Virus record (IMG/VR): IMGVR_UViG_3300025154_000063
Span: 1-64,000 of that record
DNA: 64,000 nucleotides
Source of the DNA: a virus
Strand: one strand, 5' to 3'
Below are positions 32,915-43,169 of the stretch, one piece after another; position 1 is the stretch's first letter, and each line of letters opens with the position of its first letter. Under the pieces are notes generated by a model that worked only from the letters and a program-made list of their open reading frames with translations, ran no database searches and was not told where the DNA came from. The translations under genes were made by a program, and so were the position numbers.

Positions 32915-33424
32915 TTACCAATTGGACGGGTCAGATATTTCCGGTCTAATCCAGACCGGTGATACTTTATACTTTGTAAACGGTAGTATCTTATACTCAG
33001 CAGTGAGCACATTTCGCAGGTAAATTCTGCCGCTTGTTACGACAGTCAAATGAAACTCCTGCTCCATCAAGATAGTACGAACACTATCTGGAAGTACTCG
33101 ATTAGAAACATACCATTGGGGGTTATCAAGTCTAGCGACGGTTGACCAGAATAGTGGATACAAAGAGTGTGTATAGTAGTAAGATGAGTCCTTTACCCTG
33201 CTCCATCTATCACCACAACATGGACAATCAATCTCATTCTTGACCCCATCGAAGTAGACACCAATCTTCTCAGCAATCCGATTGGCTTGCTCAGCATTGT
33301 CAGCTTGCACGTTCACTGCGAACGTGATTGCATCGTGCTGGAGCACTGGTTGCCAGTCACCTTGCGGGGACTGGTTGAAGACGTAGTATGGTACGTCTTT
33401 TGGAAACTTAGCTATTCTGGACAT
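32915..33424 (-). CDS. Conserved phage hypothetical protein
   Basis: GVYFDGV...DCPCCGDRW motif. Confidence 0.55.
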   Translation of the reverse strand: MSRIAKFPKDVPYYVFNQSPQGDWQPVLQHDAITFAVNVQADNAEQANRIAEKIGVYFDGVKNEIDCPCCGDRWSRVKDSSYYYTHSLYPLFWSTVARLDNPQWYVSNRVLPDSVRTILMEQEFHLTVVTSGRIYLRNVLTAEYKILPFTKYKVSPVWIRPEISDPSNW

Positions 33425-35784
33425 GAGACTTACCTCCTTTGAGTAAGTTGAAATGTGTCTTGACATTATCCTGACCACTTATATAAACCATGGTTACGAT
33501 GATTGTCAGATTATCAATACGTCCACATGTACTCTTTTCTGATTTTTTGTCACCATGTTGGAGTCCACGTAGATTGATACTATCAAACAAATGATATAAA
33601 CTTTGCCACCTCTTTCCAAAAGTACAGTCCAGAATTCTTGACACGTCACTTACTGAGACGTATGTGCCACTGAGAACATGTGTCTGGTCAACGTCATAAA
33701 TATTGACCATATATGCTATCTTTCGCCAGAACATAGTGTCACCTATAGTCGAACGTATCCATCACACACGGTGATTGAATAATTGACACCTTTTTGCAAT
33801 GGGCTGACCCATACACCCATCACTGTGTCAATCCAGTAATTGTCAACGTGTCCTGCAGGTATCCAGCTTACTGGTGCTCGGCAGACTTCCACTTTCCAGA
33901 TGCCAATGAACTCACGTTCAATTACACCTGAGTGCTCAGCCTTGAGAAACAGATGCCGAACCTCATCTCTGCATATGTCCATACGAATTCCTTTGAGTGT
34001 GTCGAGCATGGTGTCTGCGTTGCTGAATATTCCAGCGAAATCCAGACGACCTGCCTCGTACCAAAAGTTCACAACATAAGCATACTGCATTGTCAATCCT
34101 CCTCACTAACAGTCTGCAGCAAGTGCTACATTACAAAGTCACAGTCGCACTCCGTAACTTCGTATCGTAGTCTCACTATGAAATAATATTGATTGTCACC
34201 TTACCTTTCTTGATATTTGCCATCTGGTTACCTACACCCTTGCCAACGGGGTACAGGGTCATCATGTGCACCAGTTCGTAAGTGACCTTGTTGTGAGTCT
34301 TGGCTACAACACTGTCACCCTGCAGGTGGTACACGGTTGAGTATGCCGCTGTGTCGTACTCAGCAGGCAAAGTGGCTTTCGCCTTGGAAATCAGAGCAAA
34401 GGATACATCAATGTCGAGCATAGTTCCTCCTATCGAACCATTGCGATGGTCACGTCGTGTGCCATGTCACACTCAGTACATTGCACAGTGGCAACAATGA
34501 AGTCGTGCTTGTCACCACAGCCACACTCACAGGTCACAGTCTCAACAACTGTCTGACCGACCCGTGAGATTACTTCACGTCCGTTGCACTCGTGAGCAAC
34601 GAATGTCCCCTTACTGTCACGAACATTACAACCGTTGATAGTCATTGCTACCTCCATCAATGAGCAGGCACATCCTACTCTTACAAGTGTCCACGTCACC
34701 ATGGACACTGGTAAAAGTGGGAGCTGTTAGGGGTCAGCTCCCTTGACCCTACCCGTCAGCACCAGTAGATGCAGTCTATTAAGCTGGCTGCATCACCGTT
34801 GAGACCCAAGGATATGAGCGTGTACTCAATTACATCCTTGTCACTGACCGAACCAACGTGGTCACCCTGCTCATCGAGCGGCAGGTGCACTCGCAATTCA
34901 CCTGCGAGTCTACGACCACCTATCTCATTCATCACCCTGTGCAGTGGGTGACTTTCGAGCATCTTCCGCCATGCCATGGCTGAGTCAAAGTCCATGCCAC
35001 AAGCCTTCTCTTTCAAGCTGACCTCGATGTAGATGTCTACATCACGTGGTGACACTCGCTCATCGAGCATGACCGAGTAAATCCGTGCCATGTCTTCATA
35101 CTGGGGTCTGTATGAAGTGTGGGCGTTGCGTCCGGCAGACGCTGGGATGTTCCAACCGAAGTAGACTTGTGTAGACATTAGATGCTCCTTAGAATTGTCA
35201 CCAGATTGTTGAGCTGGTTGAGTATGGGGGTCAGTAATTCTGACCCTGCAGTGACTGTTACCACTGCGACTATCAGGAAGAAGAGTGCTACTACTTTCTG
35301 CATGGTGCTCCTTGAAATCTGTCTGGTTCTAGCGGGTGGCTACTCGGTATCCGAGCAGGAGTGCTGGGCTGCTGAATACTAGGGTACTGCCGTACATTCC
35401 ATACTTGCCGAAGGTTCGCACTGGGGCGGTCTCTGAGTACCCGTCGCACTTGCATACTGTCCCGTACTTGTCGACCTTTGCGTTGATGGCCCAGTTGCCT
35501 GCTGCCGTGATGTAGGCATCATACTTGCGGGTGTCTTCGGTGTGCTCAAGTGCTCGGTTCGCTCTGGACTGTGCGTGCCACTGTGCTCTGGCCTCGACTG
35601 GTATCGTCCGTGCTATCACTGCCTGTCTTCGCCATTTCCCGTCACTCAGATTGCAGTGCAGGGTCGTCGTCGCCTGTGCGGTGTCGCCTGCGTAGTGTAT
35701 TCCGTTCTTGTCAACTGTGGTGAAATTTCGGTTCGCTATGTAGTTCATGGTATCCTCCGTGTCGCCTGTGTCTGGTTGTGGCAA
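33408..35784 (-). other. First ORFs of the leftward early operon (hypotheticals, GC-rich)
   Basis: ORFs 33408-33734, 33743-34096, 34176-34421, 34430-34646, 34756-35178, 35329-35748 with SD sites. Confidence 0.5.
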
Positions 35785-36430
35785 CCTGCCCTGTCACCAT
35801 GTCAGTAGCATGGTGTCAGGATACTTGTCACAACCCCCTGTAAAATCTGTCATTATCTCGCCGACGCTCGAAATTTCTCTCGATGAACCCTTGCTCGCAT
35901 CCCCTGCCGTCACTATAGGGGCTCGATGTCATATGGGTCTTTGTCTACTTATGGGAGTGTATTTCACGCTGCCGTGATTTATCACCGTCGATCGCTACTC
36001 GATGGGCACTCTGTGGGCGGGTCGATGGTCAGGCTGTCCATTCGTCGGTACTTTTACACCTGTGTTACTCAGCTAGGGAGACCGTTTCCTGATAGTCGCT
36101 ATATCCGCTTACCTGCCGTTCTAGTCAGGGTTCGCCGTGTTCACTAGGCACAGCTCCGCCCGCAGAATTCAAAATGGGTTCAGTTGTAAAGGTTCAGAGA
36201 CATAACTCAAGCTAGTGAAGCCGGAAGTAAAATCTCATTGATAGACAAAGTATAGCATACCCAAAACATTACGCAGAGGCACTCGGTTGGGGAAATTATC
36301 GAGGAGTTCTGGCACGTAAGTGGGTCAGACGCTCACGTTTACAGTATAAAAATATCCCGTTCGCAGCCACCTCGCTAACACGCACCCACGCCAACAGGTA
36401 ACAGCTGTCTCCGGCTGTGTCATAGTTGCA

Positions 36431-36459
36431 ATTATAAATGATGTATTGGAATTTGTCAA
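36431..36459 (-). promoter_or_regulatory. Consensus sigmaA promoter heading the early operon
   Basis: TTGACA-AATTCCAATACATCATT-TATAAT (17-nt spacer). Confidence 0.85.
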
Positions 36460-36505
36460 GTGTCAATAGCCCCCTAATAACAGTTTAATTTTTTTATTTT
36501 TAGAT

Positions 36506-36536
36506 AAGAAAAATCCCTCAGTTAAGAGGGATTTCT
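36506..36536 (-). terminator. Intrinsic terminator
   Basis: AAATCCCTC-TTAACT-GAGGGATTT then T-rich tail on minus strand. Confidence 0.8.
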
Positions 36537-36543
36537 CAATCTA

Positions 36544-36779
36544 CTTGCAGTGGTCAGGTCACTGAGCTGACAGTGTATTCGCAGATTTCTAGGAAGCCGG
36601 CAAACAGCTTTCTGCTAGCTGTGGGTTCTGACTCGTGATACAGGAGCTTATAGTCTGCCTAGTCTACTGCCCTTACTGACCCACAATCACCCTGTCTTAC
36701 GTCTTAGTGGCGCACTCTCCTCACTGCACTGCAAGCAGCGAACCCAAGACCGGTATCGTGCTGACTTCAACCGACCTGA
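36544..36779 (-). ncRNA. Candidate ~235-nt structured ncRNA
   Basis: Closing TCAGGTC/GACCTGA and GGTTGA/TCAGCT, TGTGGGT/ACCCACA, CTTGCAGTG/CACTGCAAG; no ORF; terminator immediately downstream. Confidence 0.6.
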
Positions 36780-36788
36780 GAAACCTAA

Positions 36789-39508
36789 TTATTGTTTACC
36801 AAAAGCACTTTCAAAAGCTTTGTCTTCAAAGTCGTCAACAACCTTAATAATGATTGGTTCAACTAAAGTTGGACAAACTGTGTAGTGAGTAAATATCTCA
36901 TTAGAAGCTATTACCACTGGTCTCTTAAACTCGTGCATTAACAAGTTATTATGGTCTTGCCCACAACGAGAACAACTTTTAATATCTATTCTATTAGCCA
37001 TGTTAGACCCATATAAAATAATTTACTAACAATAAAAAGCATAAGAATTGTTACTAAAGTATAGATAAAATATTTAATCACATCTTTCTCCTGCTCTAAA
37101 GTGTACTATGCCCTTCTCACACTCTTCACCATCTTTACCAAAGTGGTGGTCGCAGTCTAAAACTTCTGGATGTTTAAAGAGTACGTCACAGTCGCACAGC
37201 CATGTACCTTCAGTCTTAAAGAAAGTACATTTTGGAGAATGATTTTCAACTTCAACAAGTCTGGCAAGTTGCCACGCTCGCTCGAATGTCACAGTCATAA
37301 GTTAATTCCGCATTATCAGTAGTGCTGAATATGCTACATCCTGTTGAGTATTGCTCATCTGATATTGAACCTCCAATGTGCCAGCACTAGCCTTTTGCAT
37401 TCTTTTAATTACTGTATCTAATTCCTCTTGAAAGTCAGTATCACTGAAGCTTGTGACATGTTCTACGGCTACTATTTTAACTATCATTTTATTTCTCCCT
37501 GAAACTTTTCTACTGTTTCAATTAACTCTGACATTGTGATTATTGTGTATTCGTCATTATTTCTATCATCTTCTCTGAAGTCACAGTGAACCCAGTCGCC
37601 AACTTTTAATTTCTTGCCGGCTTCTGTCATTGACCAGTTACCAGTATAATTGCTGACTAAGAAGTCCAAGGTCTCTTGGTCGGTGATGAAATAGAATACC
37701 CCTAACACACTGGACTGAAATGCACTTAGCTTTACCTTTTTCCACATTTCTGTAATATGTAAAGCCCGCTCGTGGTATCTACAGGAATGTTCCTGATTGA
37801 ATTCTTTTCCGTCGCTAGCTATCCAGACAACCTGTGACATAATTTGTGCTGGCACTGCAACTTCTCTAACTTCTTTCTTCATCATATCCTCCCATTAATC
37901 TTGTTCAACTTCTATAAGTTTAACACCATAGAAATAGAATTGTTCATCACTCACGTCCCCATAGCCATCTAGCACACAGGTAAACTCGCCACCTACGAAC
38001 CCGTCCTCTAGCTCACTCTCCTGCAAGAATGTTCCAATTGACCCAACTACTCCTGCATACTGGATGTAACCCTCTAAGGGGTGTAGCTCAACTATTTGAT
38101 AAAGTTGTTCGTCCATGTTACTTTTCCTGTTTTCGCCACTTGATAATGCCGACGATGTTCTGTGTTAAAAACAATGAGACTAATAATAAGGTTGCCCATT
38201 CATGTTTTACTAACCAGTAGTAAACATAAATTGAGTTTCCAACCATGAACCAGAGAAAGGTCTTCCAGCTCTTTGTTCTAATTAGTACAATGTTTCCGAT
38301 GAAGATGAGTGCTGAGGCTACCCAGCTTAAAAGAGTAATGTCCATTATTCAATCACCACCCTAAGACCATATAAGCTGCCACCCACACGATACTGGTCAA
38401 ACTTCTCAATGAAGTCATTCTCTAACTCGAAAGCCTCTTTACCTGCTGATAAGCCTGACTCCATTCTATCAACAAGATTATCATACTCCAACAATTTCTC
38501 AGATGGTATCAGATACCAGTGGCTATCATCATCTTGACGCAAGAACCCAAACTTAATTTCCACCATCAGCCTTAGCCTCCGCAGCAGCCTTAGCTTTCTT
38601 GCCTGCCTCAATGCGGGCAGCAGCGTCCACTGCAGCCAAGTAACCGAGACCACCTGTGTTCTTCTTCAAGCGTTCCAACATCTTTTGAACACGTGCCACA
38701 CCTTCGTAACTACTCAATGCTTTTGTCATTATTTATTCTCCTCTTCCTGATTATATTCCCAAACCAACTCAACAATTTTCATTCGTCTTGCCAACAGCAC
38801 AGGGCTGTGACTGTGTGACTTTGGGTAAGTGTCTTCAACCAGACACTTTACAATTCCTCTTCCAGCCTTATTACGAAACTGACGATGAAAGAATTTGAGA
38901 GTGTCTTCAAATGACGGAAGGACATGAAAGCCAGAAAGATATTCTTTACCGTGAGAACCATCATTAACAATCTTCTGGTCGGCATCCATCCACTCATTAA
39001 AGGTAAACTTTCTACTACCCTGATTACCATGGAATAGTGAATAGAAATTCCCCTTCTTAATTTCAACAATACGATAAGCTACTTCTGCCATTTGTTTCCT
39101 CCTGTTTAATTGATACATTAATTATACTACAAAACCCGTGGTTGTCAAGGGCTAATCCCAAGACCACGGGTTTTCATATTTCTGCCCTTTGATTTCTTTA
39201 ATTGCGGGTTTCTCATCTTCAATATCTTCAAGAGCATCAATCATGTTAAAGAGCTCTTGGCGGGTTACACCACCATATTTTCTTGGAACATTTGGCATTC
39301 TGGAATTCGTGCTTGGGGTAGTTGCCATAATACCAATAACATCAGGCTTTTCCCAAGGGGGAGTTTCTTTCTTACGCCACCAGTGACCGGCGTGCCAGAA
39401 AGGGTTTTCGTACTGTGCCCAAGTCATGTGACCTTCTTTCATCCGGCGCACAGCCTCAGCTTTGTGTTTCTTGGTTTGATGAATACGAAAAGCTCTAGTG
39501 CGGTACAT
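36789..39508 (-). other. Cluster of small hypothetical ORFs incl. a PnuC-like 3-TM protein (38118..38345)
   Basis: Packed ORFs with SD sites; promoter at 39115-39149. Confidence 0.5.
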
Positions 39509-39538
39509 ATGCCTCCTTGAATATTAGAGGATAAAAAG

Positions 39539-39610
39539 AGCGCCTGAGAGGTGCTGCCCCCCCGTTTCTTCGTTCGTAGCGAAGTGCCCTATCTGTTGGA
39601 CGACAGGCGC
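39539..39610 (-). tRNA. tRNA-Arg(ACG)
   Basis: CTTCG-CTACGAA-CGAAG arm; GCGCCTG/CAGGCGC acceptor; atypical T loop. Confidence 0.8.
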
Positions 39611-39619
39611 ATATTATAT

Positions 39620-39707
39620 AGTTGGAAAAGTCTACCAGATATTCCCGCTTGAGCACGTCCGGCTATCCTAGTCGTGGCGGACTTTTTAAAGGGGCTCATA
39701 ACCAACT
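39620..39707 (-). ncRNA. Candidate ~90-nt pseudoknotted RNA between tRNAs
   Basis: AGTTGG/CCAACT, AAAAGTC/GACTTTT, crossing TGAGC/GCTCA. Confidence 0.45.
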
Positions 39708-39711
39708 AGAG

Positions 39712-39783
39712 TGCTCTACGTCGGAGTCAAACCGGCGTTACTGCGTTGAGAGCGCAGCGTACTAATCACTATACTAGTAGAGC
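39712..39783 (-). tRNA. tRNA-Glu(CTC)
   Basis: CTGCG-CTCTCAA-CGCAG; cloverleaf. Confidence 0.88.
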
Positions 39784-39786
39784 GTG

Positions 39787-39860
39787 TGCAGCTAGCAGGA
39801 GTCGAACCTGCAGATTTCACTTTTTGAAAGTGCTGCCTATGCCTATTCGGCTATAGCTGC
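39787..39860 (-). tRNA. tRNA-Leu(CAA), short variable loop
   Basis: CACT-TTCAAAA-AGTG; Leu-type D arm; variable loop of about 5 nt. Confidence 0.85.
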
Positions 39861-40098
39861 ATATTAAATTTTAACTGGGTCAATTATACACTTTCTAACA
39901 CTTAAATATACATATGAACCATAGTCACCACATCCTGCCATATCCTCATCACCATCCCACTTATGAGCAATTTCTTTCAAGATATATTCTTCCGGCTCTA
40001 CACTTAACACTATTGGCCCATAATGGTCTCCACTTTCTGATGTAGCTAAGATAACCCAAACTTCTGTTCCAGATAACATGTGTCCTCCTAAATATAAG

Positions 40099-40175
40099 AG
40101 CAAGCGGCGGGGGTCGAACCCGCATTTTCATCCTTTATGCACGTGGTGCTTAGAAGGCACGGCCATTACGCTCGC
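40099..40175 (-). ncRNA. tRNA-Arg(TCT)-like RNA lacking a D arm, with D-loop-like element 3' of the anticodon arm
   Basis: GCGAGCG/CGCTTGC acceptor, 7-8 nt connector, GTGC-CTTCTAA-GCAC, 21-nt region with ATAAAGGA, canonical T arm. Confidence 0.75.
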
Positions 40176-40180
40176 ATGAG

Positions 40181-40254
40181 TGCCAGAGGAGGGAGTCGAA
40201 CCCTCAGACCTAGAGGTTTAAGCTCTCTGCATATGCCTATTCTGCTACACTGGC
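40181..40254 (-). tRNA. tRNA-Leu(TAA), short variable loop
   Basis: AGAG-CTTAAAC-CTCT; Leu-type D arm. Confidence 0.85.
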
Positions 40255-40267
40255 TTGTATTACTGTG

Positions 40268-40348
40268 TGCTCCTGAGAGGACTCGAACCTCCACACCTTG
40301 CGGCACTTGCTTCTAAGGCAAGCGTGTCTACCGTTCCACCACGGGAGC
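40268..40348 (-). tRNA. tRNA-Leu(TAG)
   Basis: CTTGC-CTTAGAA-GCAAG, long variable arm. Confidence 0.92.
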
Positions 40349-40369
40349 ATAACCCTCTTTCGAGGGATG

Positions 40370-41464
40370 TTATCCTGTTGCTTTGAAGTTATAGATAGGC
40401 TTAATAACTTCTATTATATCTGCTGTTGGTGCTATATCATCTACAATTGTTTGCATTGACTTGTAAGCATTTGGTGCTTCATCCAGTGTGGATGCTCCTA
40501 CAGTACTACTATAAACACCCTTCATGCTACTAACAAACTCATCTAAGTCCAGAGTCTTCTTTGCAACATTTCTTCCCATCAATCTACCTGCTCCGTGGGG
40601 AGCTGATAAATTCCAATCTTCATTTCCTTTACCAACACATATTAAAGAACCATCACGCATATTGATAGGGACAATAAAGATTTCATCTTTCTTTGCTGAC
40701 ACAGCGCCCTTTCTTATCATACCCTGTGACACGTAGTTATGAATTGTTTCAAAACGTCCGATGTTCTGGATGCCAACAAACATGAAGTTTACAATAAGGT
40801 TTGATATTACTTCCCTATTAAGGCTAGCATATTTTTGACATATCTCCATGTCGTGTAAGTATCCCTCACGTGCTTCACCTGTTAAGTAACACAGGTCTTT
40901 TGGAACACTTGCATCACAAGAGTCAACAGCTACCTTCTGCCAGTACTCAGCAACCTGCTTTCCTAGGTTACGGCTTCCAGAGTGAACAACTAAGTAGATA
41001 TTGCCGTCTGTGTCTTTGTCAAGCTCGATGAAGTGGTTACCACCACCTAGTGTTCCTATCTGCAGTGGAAATACCTGCTGCTTCTTTAACTTCTTGTAAC
41101 AATATAGGTCTACTATATCCCCGAAGTTTTTTACAACTGTTAGGTGTGAGTTATGTCCACTTGGAATTATTGTGTGTACTGCATTGTCAAAAGCACGTAG
41201 GTCTAGCTTTACTTTTCCTAAGTTGGTAACGTGCATTCCACACCCAATGTCAACTCCAACAAGGTTAGGAATTACTATCTCTCCCAGCTCTGCAGTAAAC
41301 CCTATTACACATCCTGCCCCAGCATGGTAGTCTGGCATAATACGAACGCTCTTTCCATGTGTAAAGCTCTGGTTAAGTAATTCAATTATCTGACTTACTG
41401 CCTTATCTTCCCCAACATCAGAGAATACTTTTGCTGTTGCATATTGTCCTGTTAATTCAAACAT
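40370..41464 (-). CDS. rtcB: RtcB RNA ligase
   Basis: MPDYHAG, VGVDIGCG, GTLGGGNHFIE, HSGSR, HNY, SAPHGAGR, DEAP-x-AYK. Confidence 0.95.
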   Translation of the reverse strand: MFELTGQYATAKVFSDVGEDKAVSQIIELLNQSFTHGKSVRIMPDYHAGAGCVIGFTAELGEIVIPNLVGVDIGCGMHVTNLGKVKLDLRAFDNAVHTIIPSGHNSHLTVVKNFGDIVDLYCYKKLKKQQVFPLQIGTLGGGNHFIELDKDTDGNIYLVVHSGSRNLGKQVAEYWQKVAVDSCDASVPKDLCYLTGEAREGYLHDMEICQKYASLNREVISNLIVNFMFVGIQNIGRFETIHNYVSQGMIRKGAVSAKKDEIFIVPINMRDGSLICVGKGNEDWNLSAPHGAGRLMGRNVAKKTLDLDEFVSSMKGVYSSTVGASTLDEAPNAYKSMQTIVDDIAPTADIIEVIKPIYNFKATG

Positions 41465-41493
41465 AACTTCCTCCTGTACAAATTTATATTAAG

Positions 41494-41565
41494 TGCTCTG
41501 TAGGGGAGTCGAACCCCTGTTACTTGGGTGAAAGCCGAGCGTCTTAACCGCTGGACTAACAGAGC
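41494..41565 (-). tRNA. tRNA-Glu(TTC)
   Basis: Loop CTTTCAC; cloverleaf. Confidence 0.9.
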
Positions 41566-41572
41566 ATGCCCC

Positions 41573-42403
41573 CTAATATTCTTTTAAAACCATCCCGTAG
41601 TTATTCACACCATTAGGTATAGAAAGACCAGCTTTTCTTATCAGTTGGTTATTCAAGAATGGCTTATAATTAACATCGTGATGCCACCTACCATACCTGA
41701 AAACAACCTTTACTACATCTGGATGCTGGCGCTGCAAAGACTCAGCAAACTCTTTCCTATTGTCCCCTGTGTTATAGATGGTGTCAGTATTGCCACCCGC
41801 CATGGTCATTGTTCCTGCCTTATTCTGCAGGAATCCCTGAAACAACACAGTGCACCAACCATCTTTTAGTGCTCTTAAGGATATGTCTGTATCCTCATTA
41901 TACTTTCCACGCCATCTGTAAGGTATGCTATTGTTTACAAGAATACAAGAATACGTCCTAGTGTTTAGCCTGAATGGTGCTTTTTCTCTTCGTGCTCCAC
42001 CAGCAAACTGACGGTACTCAAAGCTAGCTAAGGCAACATTAGTATACCTGTCAACAAAGTCCTCAGCACACTTGAAAATAGTGCCTGATGTTACCTTTGC
42101 TCGCACGTTCCTGTTGAGTCTTTCAAAACCATTGATGTTATCGTCAAGTATCCAATGTCTTTCAAAACCTGCAGCCATGGAGTGTTCCCATACCCAATTG
42201 CGAGCAGGGGTAGAACCTAAACCTAAGTTACTAAAAGGCAAAACATATATCTTACTTCTTGGTGTATCCTTAGAGTAGTCGTTGTATTCCTGCGGTTCAA
42301 TCACTAACTTGTAAGGTACACCTATCTCTTCTAGCTTGTGGGCTGTGGTGTGGTTATGTGCCCTGCCCTTAGAGATTATGTATACGGGATACTCAGGATT
42401 CAT
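41573..42403 (-). CDS. TET-associated (TAGT/GREB1-like) GT-A glycosyltransferase
   Basis: YPVYIISKGR, ARNW-x-W, HWILDDNI, RWRGKYNEDTD-x-SLR. Confidence 0.8.
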   Translation of the reverse strand: MNPEYPVYIISKGRAHNHTTAHKLEEIGVPYKLVIEPQEYNDYSKDTPRSKIYVLPFSNLGLGSTPARNWVWEHSMAAGFERHWILDDNINGFERLNRNVRAKVTSGTIFKCAEDFVDRYTNVALASFEYRQFAGGARREKAPFRLNTRTYSCILVNNSIPYRWRGKYNEDTDISLRALKDGWCTVLFQGFLQNKAGTMTMAGGNTDTIYNTGDNRKEFAESLQRQHPDVVKVVFRYGRWHHDVNYKPFLNNQLIRKAGLSIPNGVNNYGMVLKEY

Positions 42404-42617
42404 CCACATACTCCCGCAGTATTTTGTCTGTCTTTACTGGGAAAAATATACCCTTAGTTTTCATGGTAATTTTTCTACCAATCAATTTTGAGAAAGCATC
42501 CATATCTTCAAGAGATTCAAAGTGTACCATCACACCCTTTATGCTTTCTTTATCTTCTTGCACAAACTCTGGCATATCTTGCCACTCATTAAATATCTCT
42601 TGCTTGCCTTTAAGCAT
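42393..42617 (-). CDS. Small partner protein of the glycosyltransferase
   Basis: EWQDMPEF...VHFESLED...F-x-x-LIG...T-x-KTK-x-I-x-FP; overlaps the GT start. Confidence 0.6.
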   Translation of the reverse strand: MLKGKQEIFNEWQDMPEFVQEDKESIKGVMVHFESLEDMDAFSKLIGRKITMKTKGIFFPVKTDKILREYVDES

Positions 42618-42718
42618 AAGTCCTCCTGTTAAAAGTATACCCAGTTTCGCCATGCCCTCACCCACCCAACTGTAAAGTCTTCATTGTGAGGTAGTGTGTA
42701 GCTGCAGTACTTTAAAGG

Positions 42719-42790
42719 CAGTCCTAGATAGTTTCGGGCTATCAACCTTCTCGCTCAGAACGAGTTGCTCTACCTTTGAGCTATAAGACT
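42719..42790 (-). tRNA. tRNA-Gln(CTG)
   Basis: CTCG-TTCTGAG-CGAG; divergent T loop CCCGAAA. Confidence 0.75.
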
Positions 42791-42792
42791 AG

Positions 42793-42863
42793 TGCGGGTG
42801 ACAGGATTTGCACCTGCACAGGCTGGGTGGAAGCCAGCAATGCTACTGTTACACCACATCCGC
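42793..42863 (-). tRNA. tRNA-Gly(TCC)
   Basis: GCTGG-CTTCCAC-CCAGC. Confidence 0.9.
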
Positions 42864-42869
42864 ATATAT

Positions 42870-42941
42870 TGGGAGCGTCCTGCCATTAGACTAACAGACC
42901 CATAAGGTGCTGTAGGGGTATTGAGCCCACTGTTTCTCCCA
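42870..42941 (-). ncRNA. Circularly permuted tRNA-Glu-like RNA (T arm, closed acceptor, D arm)
   Basis: TGGGAG/CTCCCA closing stem; T-like arm; ACAGCACC-TTAT-GGGTCTGT; D arm GTCT-AATGGCA-GGAC. Confidence 0.7.
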
Positions 42942-42943
42942 TG

Positions 42944-43014
42944 AGCGGAATATCGGATTTGAACCCATACTCAATGCTCGGCAAGCATTTGCGCTACCGT
43001 TACGCCAATTCCGC
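42944..43014 (-). tRNA. tRNA-Gly(GCC)
   Basis: AATGC-TTGCCGA-GCATT. Confidence 0.9.
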
Positions 43015-43069
43015 AATATAATATTTCTATGCTTGAATGATACTAATGAAATATTAAAACAGTCCATTG

Positions 43070-43151
43070 TGGGCAGAGAGGGATTTGCACCCCCAAGACC
43101 GAAGTCGGGCGGGTTACAGCCGCTGAGTGTCACTATTCACTGCTTCTACCC
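43070..43151 (-). tRNA. tRNA-Tyr(GTA)
   Basis: GCGG-CTGTAAC-CCGC, long variable arm. Confidence 0.85.
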
Positions 43152-43169
43152 ATATTTTGTCTGTTCACA

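Noticed and set aside
36544-36779. RNase P RNA
   Set aside because: GAGGAGAGT and CAGAACCC look similar but do not form the P4 pairing
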